64,000 nucleotides of DNA, from assembly GCF_037042905.1 (NCBI RefSeq), contig NC_087250.1:7256001-7320000 (forward strand). The letters are read 5' to 3'. The stretch's first letter is position 1. The number at the start of each line of letters is the position of its first letter. This DNA is from Lytechinus pictus. Its lineage: Eukaryota. The translations under genes were made by a program, and so were the position numbers. Under the pieces are notes generated by a model that was given only the letters and a program-made list of their open reading frames with translations, did not search any database and was not told the origin of the DNA. Below, in pieces: positions 11,296 through 25,118 of this stretch.

Positions 11296-13811
11296 TTAAA
11301 GTGTACCATTCTACGTAAACGAATCTCCGTCCATTGATTAGCATGCCTTCTGACAATCACAGAACAGATTGAAATAGTCTCATCTCATCTCAGATGCAAG
11401 CACTCTTCTTCCAAACCACGTTTGCACCAATTGTTGTCTTTCAATTTTCTACGATAATCCATTTTTCTACTCTCCTTTTTATGCAAATGTGTGATTTCTG
11501 CAAAAGCACTGGATTTTTTTACAAAAGGATATGCTCGTTTTCTGTATCATGTCCAACTCTCTGGAGGTATATGGCAAATTATGCATAAAATGAATATGTA
11601 TCGTAAAGGCTCATGGAGCATATAGCTGAAATTATCAATGTTTAGATTTATTGTTTGCCTATTTTCGGAAAATTTGCATGAAATTTAATTCATCCATTTC
11701 CAGATTGATGAGTACTTTGCCTTTCACATGAGAATGGAAATGCATTATGGTAACTTTGCCATCCAATGCTAACTACCATGGTAGCATTGATCAACCAATC
11801 AAAATCAAGGATTCCATACAAGTTACCATTGGATGGCAAAGTTATAATCGTAACTTTTATGCAACATGGCCCTGAGCATTCCACATGCAGTATGATGTAC
11901 TCTGAATCTGTTTAGAATGATTAAAGAAACTATCCAAATTATTATTTTTTCTTTAACACATATTAATGAATTCAAACATGTCTTTGGTGATCTAAAAAAA
12001 ACAAATAAACTTTTTTTTCTTTAACACATCTATGAATTTAAACATGTCTTTGGTGATTTAAAAAAAAAGTACTTTTGTGATTAACCAGTATATTCACTGT
12101 CAAGATTAATATTTTGTCATGTCGTCTCAACAGGGCAGCAGATAGATTTTTTGGTCTTAGCATTCATTTTTATTGTAAGCTATATGATAATGCAAGTTAC
12201 TATGTCTTTCAAGCAAAACTGATTTGAGCAGAAATGTCTTCTACTTAATCAATATGATACATGCAATCTTGTATCTTTTGATTTTAAACATTTGAAGAAA
12301 AAATGATATTGCAATTTCAGAACAATGTAATAAAGATTCTCTGTATTTTTGTTTTTTGGTAAACTTATGACACAAATTTGCATTGTCTCAAAGTATCCAA
12401 ATGTCATTATTAAAATTGGCATGCTTTGATATCAATGTGAGATTGTGAGCAGGAGAGAACTTTTTCTTTTCTTTTTTGGGGACTACTTTTCACAACTTAC
12501 TGCCTAAATCTGCAGCATCGGATACGCTTTAAGCTTGCTATGAATGGGGAATTTCCAGGGCTCCTTTTTTTGGTTTCCAGGGATCCTTTGAGCATTTTGG
12601 GGGCTAAATTGCCCCCAGGCCCCGTGTGATTTTTCCCCTGATTTTGAGTATCCTCCCCCAAAAATCTTAAAGAATGAGCTTTGTTTAATGAACACTAATG
12701 TTGTTATGGAAATGATACAATGATGGATGTGGAAGATCAATCTTAATCTGATTTCAGACTTTTAAATTTTGATTTTCAGCTTGCAGTAGCGTCTCCTTAC
12801 ATCTAAGTTGGTTTTCCACATGTCAAATAATCACGTATAAAGTCGAAGCATTTCTTCAGACCAGAATATGCAAATATTTATTATTTACATCTTATAAGTC
12901 AAATAAAACAGATTTTTGTGGTCTCAAAAGATTTGACTTTGGCAGTTTCACCCGTTACATTTTTTGATGAATTTCAGTTGTAGCTTTCTAGTTTAATGTC
13001 AAGTTTGTTTAAGTTTTGGAGCTCTCAAGTGTAAATCTAAGAAAGATCCCATCGCATCTATTCTGTATATAGCAAATGTAAGCTCTGAATTCATAATTTT
13101 TATGATTTTATTAATGAGTATCTTGCCTGTGGAATTTTCTAGTCTATATGTATTAAGAAAAATACATCATTCCATGTCCATATTGGGAATTTTCTTCATT
13201 TTTGAAGAAAATCCACTCTCATTATCATTCTTTTTCTTTTCAAGTTCATCCACTGTTTTAATGTGTAAGTGTTTAATTCATGTTGGTAATGTATAGTGTT
13301 ATGGTAGATTTAATATATGAGTTTTTTTTTTTTTTAGATACCATACCTTTATGAATATGGATATAATATATTTCTTTTTTTCTTCTTTTTTTCTGCTAAA
13401 AGCAGATGTTAGGTCCAATAGCAATGAAAAGAGTTTTGATATGCTGCTCATGTATCTGTAAAATACTTTTTAATTTATGGTCTTGTTTTTAAATAATTTA
13501 CTGAACATGTCTTCAAAGTTTGATCACATGGTATATGTCTTGTAATAGCCATGGCTAGCCATCAATTTCTTCCTTCTATTTAATTGCTTAAGTATATTTT
13601 TTTATACTGGTGGCAGATAGCTCATGGCCTGTATTCAAAAGAATACTTTGATGTAAAATGTATAAAGCAAACTTTCACTTAAAGTCATTTGGGTAAAGAA
13701 ATTCACTAGAGGCGTTTTCAATTAAAAACTTGGCCTTTCATATTAGTACTCAAATAATTAAGTCAATACAAGGCATGTAATTTGTCTATTAGTCAAACAG
13801 TTGTAAGTAGA

Positions 13812-14125
13812 TGTGCTGTGGGCTAGTGGTTATGTGTCTGGACTATGGATCACAAGCTTCAGGGTTCAATTCCTGCTTCTGCACCGACATCCTTTCGCAA
13901 GGCCTTGATCTACATGTACGTTTGCCTCCATCGACCCAGGTGAGGTAAATGGATACCCTGCATGAATTTATCTCTTGAAATGCTATCAAGAGCACATAAT
14001 TTAGAGCTATGGTAAGCAGAGGCAGGGGGGAGTGGGATAATGAATGATGTATAAGAGCCCACTCTTGTAATTATCATTAATCGATATATGCTGATAGTGG
14101 TTATGTGTGCTATATAGAGATATGC
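13812..14125 (+). mobile_element. tRNA-derived SINE (degenerate)
   Basis: A-box gtgggctagtgg, B-box ggttcaattcc, core cgacccaggtgaggtaaatgga shared with 29811-30090, and a gctata tail. Confidence 0.75.
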
Positions 14126-14266
14126 TACATTATGTTGCCATTTGTTGCTGCAGGTCTTATAAGGTATAGTTGTAAAGTATATATTTTATTATTTTATTAG
14201 CATCATTTGTAGGGTCATCTGATCCAATTTAAAAAAAAAAGATGTATTCCATGAAGACATAGGTCA

Positions 14267-14617
14267 ACTTTGTATTTTGGGGTGAATTGTCAATTGATGA
14301 CAACATATCACTGTTGACTGTTTCCATAGAAAGAGTGGTTCTTGGCCAATGAAAAAGGATTCGGGCTGCAATTGTCATAACATCAGTGAATAATGGTATA
14401 CTTTATGGAAAGGTCCCCAGTTAGATAGAACCATGCTAGTATTGCATACTTTGTATTTTGGGGTGAATTGTCAATTGATGACAACATATCATTGTTGACT
14501 GTTTCCATAGAAAGAGGGGTTTCTTGGCCAATGAAAAAGGATCTGGGCTGCAATTGTCATAACATCGGTGAATGATGGTAGACTTAATGGAAAGGTCCTC
14601 AGTTAGATAGAACCATG
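14267..14617 (+). repeat. ~181-bp direct tandem duplication
   Basis: actttgtattttggggtgaattgtcaattgatgac...cagttagatagaaccatgc occurs twice. Confidence 0.9.
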
Positions 14618-14703
14618 CCAATATGGCAGTCACACAACTGAAACTGACTTCACACTGATCAATGGTATGTCATTCAAGTTAACATTATAGCTTTGATTGG
14701 TAT

Positions 14704-14993
14704 GGGGCCCGTAACACAAAGCTTAGCAATGATCATAGAACAGTTTCTATGATCGATTCTATTGGCTACAATATACAATCGATCTTCAAAATCAAGTGTA
14801 TGATTAATTGCTAACTTCTGTGTTACGGGCTCCTGGGGAGCGTTTCATCAATATTTTCATCCGACAAGTTGTCAAATCTGACATCTTTCCATGATTTTGA
14901 TTGGCAGAGAGGCACTGTTCCTATGGTAACTGTCAGATAAAATGGGACTTGTCGGATAAAACGTCCGACAAGTCCTTTCATGAAACGCTCCCC
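14704..14993. mobile_element. Two abutting MITEs
   Basis: ggggcccgtaacaca...tgtgttacgggctc, then CTG, then gggagcgtttcat...atgaaacgctccc. Confidence 0.75.
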
Positions 14994-15804
14994 ATGTGTT
15001 GGTTATATTTTGGTGTGACTGTCACCACACTATGGTTTGGTCTCTCCCTTTCTCTTCTCCCCCATGTCTCTCTCGCTCTCTTCACCCCCTCCCCCTCTTT
15101 GTCCTCTCTTTATATCGCTATCTCTTTCTCTCCCTCTCTCCCTCTCAATTCTTCCCATCTCTTTCTCCCCCTCTCTCCCCACCTCTCTCTCCCTCTCTTC
15201 CTGCTATACATGTGTCAAGGGACATGTAGAATATCTCAAATCATATTAAAAAAATGCCCCATTTGACTTTTGTTCATTATTTAGTAAAGAAAAATTGTGC
15301 ATGATATAGATTGTATAGAAGTGTCACTCTTAACTGTTCTCAAAATGTATATAATTTACATTATGATTGTTCTTTTCATATAGGTATGTGTGGGGTTTTG
15401 TGCTAATTTGTATGTATTTTTTCTTTGTGATATTTGGTAAAGAAATTTTCTATTAATCTAGCAATATATGTGTACTTTTCTAATAATATATATCTCTGAA
15501 ATTCTCTTTTATGATGACTGTGTACAAATCTTTTTCTACAATTACAATTGTTTGTAAATATATGTAAAAAATGGTGCACCTTTTTTTAAACATTTGTGTG
15601 TGTGTCTAAAAAAGCATGTTGATTAAATGGATGTGCTTCTAAAATTGAGAAAATAGCCGTCTTGATTGTTTTGTTTGTGTTAGAGGCTTATTAGAGAGTT
15701 TTTGCAACAGCTACGCAGACGCTTTCTGGAACATAAAGAATATATTGTTAAATGCACTTCATTGAAACTAAGTTTTTGTTGAGGGCTGTTGAATATAACC
15801 TGAT

Positions 15805-16040
15805 GCATGGCAAAAACCCTGGTGTTGATTCAACACCAGCCTGGAATATATTATGTCCACACCAGAGAAGTGTTAAACGACACCAGTTTCGTTTTGGTCT
15901 AACACCAGAGAGGTGTTTATACAACACCAATTAGTATTAAAACAGCATCGGTTTGATTCCAAACTGGTGTTTCAATACTTCTCTGGTGTGGACATATATA
16001 GATTCCGGGCTGGTGTTAAATCAACACCGGATTTTGCAGT
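15805..16040. mobile_element. MITE (same family as 40001-40233)
   Basis: gcaaaaaccctggtgttgattcaacaccagcc ... ggctggtgttaaatcaacaccggattttgcag. The interior is nearly identical to 40001-40233. Confidence 0.8.
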
Positions 16041-16357
16041 TTATACTGGCAATTATTCATCAGCTCTGAAACGTCGGATGAAACTGCTGTTCCGATTCAC
16101 AGACCCTCGACAAAGACTTGTGATTTGACATGCATTATCAGTGCATTTGCTGCCACAGCATTGTAGGATTCATTCCCCGTTGCTGAGCGAAAACTTGCTA
16201 TTGTGTGAGTGGAAACACCAAACACAACTTTGGGGTTATTTTTGTTTTTGTTTTAATTTGTTTCATATATTCTTTTTATTTGGGATGGGGGAGGGCAAGA
16301 AAACTTTTTAAAGGGGAAGTTAACCATGACGTCAAGATGGTGATGAAAAAAGGATCA

Positions 16358-16630
16358 GGGCCCCGTCTTACAAAGTGCTACGATTGATCCAATCAATCGT
16401 TACTCTATGGAAATCCATCAGTGTCATAGCTTTCTCTACAGGAAATTTGCAAAATGTCCTTTGTAAACAAAGGAGATCACACCAAATTGTCAAGGAATCA
16501 ATGAATTTATGGATATACATTCATATCTAGAATTTTTTGTGAGCAAACATGCATTTTATATGTTGACTTTGCTGGCATTCCATAGTTGCGATTGATCGGA
16601 TCAATCGCAACCCTTTGTAAGACAGGCCCC
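16358..16630. mobile_element. MITE (same family as 39985-40480)
   Basis: gggccccgtcttacaaag..gattgatcc ... ggatcaatc..ctttgtaagacaggccc. Confidence 0.8.
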
Positions 16631-19036
16631 GGGTGTTATGACTGGGTGATGCAAGAACACAGTAAATTTATTGAAAATGCCCGTCGAATGACAAAGAACA
16701 GCTGGGAGGTCTTTGCCGGAAAAATTGGTCAATCAAAACAGCAGTTTCGTCCTTGACTCTGGACAAACGACAATTTTTTCTTTAGCTCAGAAACGTTCCT
16801 GCTCCCTATAACTTTCGACAAAGACCTCCAAGCTGGTCTTTGTCATTTACCCGGCATTTTTAATAGATTTATTGTGTTCTTGAATCCGTCATGTGTCATG
16901 GAGTGCAAACAAGTGAATAATACAATGAAGTAATGAACATTTTATGGGCTTTCTCTTTTATACCTCTTGTGGCTGTTTCATAAAGCTGTTCGTAAAGTTA
17001 CGCACAACGTTACGCACGACTGGAACATGTTCTTAGGTTATAAATCTATTACATAGGGATATCCCATAGCACAAGAAAGGATCACCAATCATGCGTAAAG
17101 TCGTTCGTATCTTACAAACAGCTTTATGAAACACCCACCAGGGACCCGTTGCAGAAAGAGTTGCAATCAAACGCAACTCAAAAAATCTTGCTCAACTTTA
17201 CAAATTTTAGAGTGACTTGTTCCAGGCACAATTGACCAGGCACAAATACCCCCCCCCCCCATGCCTGTGTGATTGACTGTGTGGTGTGGATGTGTTTGTT
17301 TTTGCTTCGTTACTCTGTTTAAACGCTTTTTTATCATCTTCTTTGTGTACACAATCTACTAAATTTTTGTTCCTGGGGGGAACATTTAACCCACAAGCTT
17401 CGCTTTTTAGTTCCCCCTTTTTCCTCATCTACTATATTATTGTACATGAATTATGAAATGCATTTTTTTTTCTGCTCTCTTTATGTATGTAAATATTTAA
17501 TGACTAGAAATGCATTTATAATGTTATGTGTTGTAAATATGAATTTGATTTTTTACTGATATGGAAATAAAGACATTGAACTTGAACTTGATTTTCAGCC
17601 AATGAAGCACCCGTATTCGGGACTTAAGCTTGAAGGCAACTCTTTCTGTAACAGGCCCCAGGTGGGTGTTCAATTAAGCTACGCGTAAGTTACGAGCGAT
17701 TTTACGAACGACTGGTGATCCTTTCTTAGGCATAATCAACCATTTTTGTGCACATAGTTTACCACAAGATAGGATACAGTCGTTCTTAAAGTCTCTCGTA
17801 AATTTAAAACAATTCTATGAAGCATACACCTGTTTTAACAAATATTTCTTGGCATAGGCGAAGAGAGGTTGTTTCATGTGTTCATATACGAACGGGGATG
17901 CGGCAGTGTCGCAAATAATTAAGTTTACAAAGGCTATATGTTACACACAATGTAATTTATTGAAGCGGATTAAATTATAATATTAAATATGGCTTTGTAT
18001 AGCGCAGCTTTTATATGAATACATTCAGCTGCGCTAATTCAGAGATTTTTTTAAAACTTAATTCTGTGTGTACACAAACATTTCTTAATTAAAGAAATAT
18101 GTTTTCAATTTCGATTTGAAGATAGTAAGTGATACATCAAAATTGATACATTTTCTCAATTTAGCCTCTAATTTTAGATACGATATCTAAAAATGATGAA
18201 TTGATTGCCATTGAATAGTGCTGTTCATTTCTTTATTTTTAAAATCAAAATCACAACACAAATTATATAGTACTATATCATTTTCAAAGTTAATACAAAG
18301 CTCTTTTACAAAGAGGCCTACTGTTATTAAAACAATAAATCAATGAAACGAAATTACAAGAATGACAAATATGAATTAAGAAATCTTAATCCTTACACTC
18401 CATTCTTAATAGTTGATGAGTATAACTAAGATGATCTCTCGTAAAATGGACTAGAAAGTCCATTTTACAAAGTCGAGTCGTTACAATCAATCTTATTGAA
18501 ACATATTTCAAATAGAGTAAACACACTCAAGACACTAGCATAAAAAAAACAAATTTTTTGTCTCGTCTGCATTGCAAAAGCGAGACATATAATAAGCGCC
18601 ACTTTTCCGACGGCAAAAGCGTTGTCAACATTGAATTTGAACTTTGATCGAGGAGTTACCTATTTTGATTAAACCTTTACAGACGGTACCATACTAATTA
18701 CTCTATAGTAGCGGTACCCTATTTCGCAATTTATTGTCACTCATCATTTGACAGGAAATTCGGAGAGCATTTCATGAAACTGTTAGCTATAGAAATCCTT
18801 TCATCTGATTGGCTCAGGACTAATTAGTTTATGATTATCAGTGACTATTTGCTTCATGAAACAGCCCCCTGGAAATCGCTAAATACCAATAACCAATCAA
18901 GATCATCGTTGCATGCGCACTCTGTTTAAAATACTGAGCGGGAACCAATCAGCGCGGTTCTTTCATATTTACAATTCATTGCAAACCTTTACGAAGCCCT
19001 GGTGGGTGTTCCATAAAGCTGTTCGTAAGTTAAGAG

Positions 19037-19082
19037 CATAGAGATATATACTAATAACGCGTAATTAGTATACATCTCTATG
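19037..19082. mobile_element. 46-bp palindromic insertion with 8-bp TSD (hAT-like)
   Basis: gttaagag[catagagatatatactaat aacgcgta attagtatacatctctatg]gttaagag, absent from other family-A copies. Confidence 0.85.
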
Positions 19083-21289
19083 GTTAAGAGCGACTTTAAG
19101 AACGACTGGTGAACCTTTCTTCGCGCTTAACCATCGCCAATGAATATACCATTTACCACAAAAAAGGATCACCAGTCGTTCTTAAAGTCACTCTTAACTT
19201 ACGAACAGCTTTATGAAACGGCCCCCTGGTTTCAAATTCAGAAATCACGTTGGGGGCAAGAATACATAAAATGCTTTTAAAAAATTAAGCGAGCGAACGA
19301 AGCAATTGAGTTTCTTCTGAGAGTATGTTTTTTTTTATTAAAAAATTCCACTAAAAGGTGCACCAGATCGTTCTATTTTTATTTATTAAATAAATAAAAA
19401 TAGAACGACCTGGTGCACCTTTAAGTGGAATTTTATGGAAACTCTTTTTTTTCTTCACAAATTGTACTCGCTACGTATATGGCATTCAAAATTTCAGGTA
19501 AACAAACCTAGAGATTCTGTAGGATCGACATCAAAATCTAAACCAAAACACAAATTAAATATTTTGATATTCAGTTGACGATTTTATAAATATCATTACT
19601 AATTCCATAAAACTTGGATTGCACATAATTGAAATCAATTGTCAATGTTTAAATCAATTTCAGTTCAATTGATCAAGGTCAAAGGTTATTTCAGGTGGTC
19701 TTGGATAAACATAAATACGACATTTTCTCTAAAGTGAGGAAATCCAATGAAATTTGCAAAACTAAATGTCACACACGAAATGAATTAGACGTTACCAACA
19801 GTCGACATGGTCGATGCAAAATATTTTGTTGGTTATTAACTAAGGTTATTTATGTCATGAACTCTTCTCGTATTTTAAAAATACTTTTCATATTACATGA
19901 AAAATGTATGAGTATCCAATACAAAATAAATCAATGTGAAACAATATGATTTTAGTTCACAATTCCGAGGTCAGACGTCATAAAATTTTACCTATAATGC
20001 ATGGTTGGTATTTTAAATCAAAAGTAAATCCATACAAATTTGGGCATGCAAATTCATCATACCCAGATCGCGATTTCTTCCGTCAGGACTTTTGCACCCG
20101 TGACGAGAGGACTGTTTCGGAAGCTTTTAGTAATCGAATTACAAATCTGGAAATTGTATTTTTTTTTTTCTTTGAAATGTCGTTCTAGGCGAGACTCGAG
20201 TCGGCGTCCATGAACTCGATTGTAGGATTGGCGTACTGATTGAGCAACACCAATCGAAGTGTTCGATTGATCGAAAATTACGCTACTATATCCTGACGTT
20301 TCATGTCGTCGTGAATATTCATGAGGCGTAGTCTGAATAAATAAACCTGTTATATCGTCACTCCCATAGACTTATTCATGAAAAGTTGCGGCTAGTGTTC
20401 CTGTATTAGGAACACTAGTTCCGGCTGCGGTATACTGCCCTCTCGCGTCGGGTGCACAAATACTGATGGGGATAAAATCGCCCCCGGGCGAATGCTTAAT
20501 AAACAAAAAGGTTACAAAATGTTACTACATTTTACTGTCACCAATACCTCAGTCACATTTACCCTTAGGCCGCCGTACGGCGAGTCGAAAACAGCCGTAG
20601 AGGAAATGTGGCAGTGGTATGAACAAACACTAGTCTGCCGTCTCTATACGTGTTGAATTACATAATGCAGGCAAGACCATGTTACGTCACATTTGGGTAA
20701 ATTACCCCAAAAAGGGGATTTACCAAAAATATGCCGTAACTATGTTCAAGATTTTGGTAACTGCACGTCCCCTGCCTTCTATCCATGGGCGGAGTTCACA
20801 GGGGGGGGGGGCGTGTCCCCCTACCAAAAATAGTAGGGGGACCCAATATCAAATTCCCCCCTACTATTTTTGGTCTTTTATTATGAAGAAAAATACACAT
20901 CACTTCACAATAATAATACATGTATTTTGATATTTTTGACCTATCATTTTTCGGTGAAAACCATTTTTTTTTGCTTGTCAAAGTTTCCAGGCCCTGGTCC
21001 CCCTACCTTTGGGGACAGATTTCGGCCCATGCTTCTATCTAATCGTTTGTTGAATGAAACATGTAGTCATCTATGACAATGAAATATGAATTTTTTAATA
21101 CATACAAAAGGTTTTAGCTGCATCTATACCTGGAAAGCAAAGTTATTATAATAAAATATAAAATCATTTCATTAAAACGGCACCGTTGCACATTCATATC
21201 TGTATGCCAGTGTGGCTAACTGATGGGTAAGAGGGCCGGGAGTCGTTGGTAAGGGGGGGGGGGGGTAGAGCTAAAAGAGGATATGGAAG

Positions 21290-21778
21290 ATGAGAGGGGA
21301 GGAGAGGAGAGGAGAGGAGAGGGGAGGGAGGAGAGGGGAGGAGAGGAGAGTAGAGGGGAGGGGAGGAGAGGAAAAGAGGAGAGGAGGAGAGTAGAGGGGA
21401 GGGGAGTAGAGGAAAAGAGGAGATGAGGAGAGAGGAGAGGAGAGGGGAGAAGACTAGACGAGGAGAGGGGATGAGACTAGACGAGGGGAGGGAGGAGAAG
21501 GGAAGAGAGGAAATGAAAAGAAAGCATATTGGAGAGAAGGGGAGGAGAGGAGAGAAGGGGAGGAGAGGAGAGAAAAGGGGAGGGGGAGAGGAGAGGGGAG
21601 AAGACTAGACGAGGAGAAGGGATGAGACTAGACGAGGGGAGGGAGGAGAAGGGAAGAGAGGAAAGGAAAAGAAAGCATATTGGAGAGAAGGGGAGGAGAG
21701 AAAAGGGGAGGGGGAGAGGAGAGGAGAGAGAGAGAAGAGTTGGAGAGGAATACATGAGGGATGAGGAGAGAGAGGAAT
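21290..21778. repeat. Polypurine (GGAGA-like) tract with an internal ~130-bp duplication, in the gene A 3' UTR
   Basis: The block gaagactagacgagg...aaagcatattggagagaagg is repeated twice. Confidence 0.9.
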
Positions 21779-21788
21779 ATACTATTTT

Positions 21789-22060
21789 CTATGCCTTCGC
21801 TGGGTATTCGACAGGGGTGATCGGCTGGCTGTAGACGTAGGTGGGAGGACCAGCAGGGTTAGGTTGCTGAGGATCCATCTGATTGGGCATTGGATGGGTT
21901 GGGGGCGGAGCTCCGGAGGTTGGAGGCGGTACCACGTAGAATCCCTGTCCCTGATTGGTGGTTGGAGGTGGTTGAAGAACAACGTTTGGATACTGTATGA
22001 CGGTAGGCGGTCCCTGTTGCATGACGGGAGGAGGACCCTGCTGTACGATGTACAGTCCAG
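21789..22060 (-). CDS. MS4A-like gene A terminal exon (Pro/Gln-rich tail)
   Basis: Poly-T tract then atgtag|, phase 1. Encodes (A)GLYIVQQGPPPV...GPPTYVYSQPITPVEYPAKA*. Confidence 0.88.
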
Positions 22061-22897
22061 CTACATTATAAAAAAAAACACGAAATTTCAATAAGGCCTT
22101 ATCTACTGAAAATAATAGGATAAAACATTAAAGTGATATGATAAGAAAATTCCGATTGACGCATATATTCTTTTTTTAATGTGAGCGCCGTTAAAAATCA
22201 ATCAACAACAACAATATCAAATGAAATAATAATTTTCGACGTTTTCTTCACATGATAACCCATATCGCTTATATATTCGGTTAGTAAAAGAACTCAATAT
22301 TTTTTAAAACAATTTAGATACATGTATGTACAAACTAAACTGTTCCGAAGAACTTAATTTATTTTTCATCGGATGTTTTGCTTCTAATCAGTCTTTTAAA
22401 ACTCACAGATTTTTCATATCCTTCATTTTTCTTTCTTTTCTCATCTATTTTTGTCTTTTCTTGCTGTTATCATTATCATCATCGTCGTCCATCACCATTA
22501 CAGTCGCTCTCATCTTCACTATCTTAATCACCATTATCATTATCATCATCAGTATCATCATCGTCGTCGTCACCGCCATTACCATTATCATTACAATCAC
22601 TCTCATCTTCACTATCTTAATTACCGTCGTCGATCTTCACCATCATCATCACCACCGCCATCATAATCGCCATCATCATGATCATCTTCATTGTCCCCAC
22701 GTTCAACATCATTAATGTCATAGTCATAATTATTATGATATGTCCAATATCACAAGCAAACACCACCACCACCATCACCACCACCGCCACCATCACCACC
22801 TTCATTTACTTATTCCAATTTCTAAAAATACATCGCTTCACAGATCATGATTATCGGTTACCATGGTAACCTTCATTTATCATCCAATAACCCATAC

Positions 22898-22952
22898 CTT
22901 GTTGATGACCAGGTGTAGTAGTAAAAGCATTCCCCTGGGGTTGGAAGACAGC
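22898..22952 (-). CDS. MS4A-like gene A exon 6
   Basis: cccacag|AVFQPQGNAFTTTPGHQQ+G|gtatgg. The 55 nt convert phase 0 to phase 1, as needed to join exons 5 and 7. Confidence 0.82.
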
Positions 22953-23044
22953 CTGTGGGAGGGGAGCAGAACGCAATATCATGGTATGAATCACACAGAG
23001 ACAACGACATCTTCCGTGATGGTGTTTCACAAGGTAGGATAAGA

Positions 23045-23587
23045 CCCGGGGGGGGGGGGGGGGGGGCACTCAGTATATAATGCATAGTTGGTATGTGCCG
23101 CGGAGGGGACCCCCATTTTCACACTCAAATTTTCGTTCCGAGGCATAGCATTTTTGTCTTATCGAGACAAAAAACAAAGAAAGCCGCTCAAAGGCATAGC
23201 ACTTTGTTCTTATCGAGAAAAAAAAGAAAGAAATCCGCTCCAAAGCTTCGCATATTTTTCGTTACGCCGTTCCGGTCGCATTGATCTGCTGCAATATTGG
23301 TGAAAAGCAGCCGCCGAGCGCTGTCCGACCATCGTCTCTGCGCTAGCGCACCCAGCGGAGGCCGCGTATAGCTGCATCATGCACGCATGCCCGTTCCATA
23401 GGGGTACATACGCACGTACTCGCACGCTGGCGATCCGTTCCAAGGACCCCCGTTTTCACAAAATTGTAGTTCCGAAGCCCGTTCCGAGGACCCTCCTTTT
23501 TACAATAAGCCCGCTCCAAGGCCCCCGTTTTTTGTCTCGCCCGCGGCACACCCCTACCACTTTTTTGGTCGAGTGCCCCCCCCCGGG
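23045..23587. mobile_element. Non-autonomous element with CCCGGG/poly-G termini and 8-bp TSD
   Basis: ggataaga|cccggg(g)n cactc ... gagtg(c)n ggg|ggataaga. A similar element lies at ~28772-29197. Confidence 0.85.
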
Positions 23588-24361
23588 GGATAAGATAAGA
23601 TTGGTTTTATTTATACACGGTTAAAAAGCCGAAAAAAGATCACAGACTGATTTCAATTGGGGCCGTGTGGATCACAATATACAATTGACATAGTAAACAT
23701 TTTAAAACCAGTGTTTAACGAACAATATATATGAAAAAAGATGTTAACCTAAACAGAAGCATCAATTAAATATTACAAAGGAATCATAAAGAGATGAAGA
23801 GGAGGAGAGGAGAAGAAAAAAGGATGAAGAAAAAGGGAAAAGGTAGAAGGAGAAGAAAAAGACAACGGAGAAGATAACAGAAGAAGAAAAAAGAATAATG
23901 ATAATAAGAAGAAGACGAAGAAATGATATACCGTGACACGACATTTGCTCGCATGATATTTACTCCCGGGACATTTTCTCAGGTCTTGACATCTCAAGAA
24001 GAGATGGGTTACAACATAGAGGACATAGAGTTAGGTTTGAATTGACTTTTTTGGCTCAGAATAATGTATATTATTAGGATTAGGGTCTATTTAGTTTTGG
24101 AGGTTAGATCTAATATGTTTGGCTTAAAAAGGGGTACTCCGGGCTGAAAGTAATTCTATCTAAGTAAGTAGATCAATATTCACCAAAGCAAAATGCAGAA
24201 AATTTCATTGAAATCTGATAACAAATAACTAAGATATTGAATGTTAAAGTAAAGCAATACTTTGTGGAAACAGTTCAAGAACCGCAAATATGGCATTCAA
24301 AACAAAAGTACGACTACCTGTATGTGTGCCAAGCTACACATGCCATTTGGTTTGTACATAA

Positions 24362-24778
24362 AGGCGACCGCACACCTTACGATTGGTCTGCGATCCGATT
24401 TCAGAATAAAATGTTGTAGAATTTGATGCTAATATTGAGACTTGGAATATCTTAATGTGTAATGTTCGAAATCATCGTACAAATACCTTTGTTCAATTCT
24501 GTGACTGTGCTATCATCCTTCTTAGCATTAAAGCGAATTTAATATCTAGTCGTAATGACGTCATAGCAGTCGTACGATTGGCTACGATTTGAAACTAATT
24601 TGGCCTTTACTCCAAAATAAAGGATTGCAATCTTTCAAAATGGTTATATATTAGCATTTTTTCAATTAATTTTAACCTCAAATAAAATGATATGTTGCAT
24701 TCACATTTTCAGAAAATGAGCAAAGTGCGATTTGTTCCAAAATCGGATCGCGAACAGTCGTAAGGTGTGCGGTGGCCT
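24362..24778. mobile_element. PIF/Harbinger-like MITE
   Basis: taa|aggcgaccgcacaccttacga ... tcgtaaggtgtgcggtggcct|taa. Confidence 0.85.
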
Positions 24779-24932
24779 TAACATATCTCGCGTGCTAACA
24801 AAATAAGTGCGAAGCTACTCTGGTTTGCATTTCACACAGGCATGTGGCTCTCGACGTTGTTACCAGAATTTTGCACACGAACCGCAGTTTGAATGTTCGC
24901 GTTGTGGAGGCGAAAAATGCCTACTGACTCAC

Positions 24933-25118
24933 CGTGACCGGTGGCGGCGGAGGACTGCAACAAGCACTACAACCGCCGCCATCTCGGCAACACTTCCTAC
25001 AGCACGGTCCACATCCTCGGCACGAAGCGCAGCATCCGAAAGAAGCGGAGACGATGCAGAGAATAAAGAGGAAGAAACCGGTGATGCAGATCAGAGCGTC
25101 AAATGTCTGTCTTGCGGC
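24933..25118 (-). CDS. MS4A-like gene A exon 5 (TM4 and Cys-rich segment)
   Basis: ctttcag|AARQTFDALICITGFFLFILCIVSASFGCCASCRGCGPCCRKCCRDGGGCSACCSPPPPPVT|gtgagt, 186 nt. Confidence 0.9.

Noticed and set aside
16050..16090. Second hammerhead (ttcatcag...gaaacgtcgg)
   Set aside because: The CTGATGA and GAAAC halves are on opposite strands, so the core cannot form.
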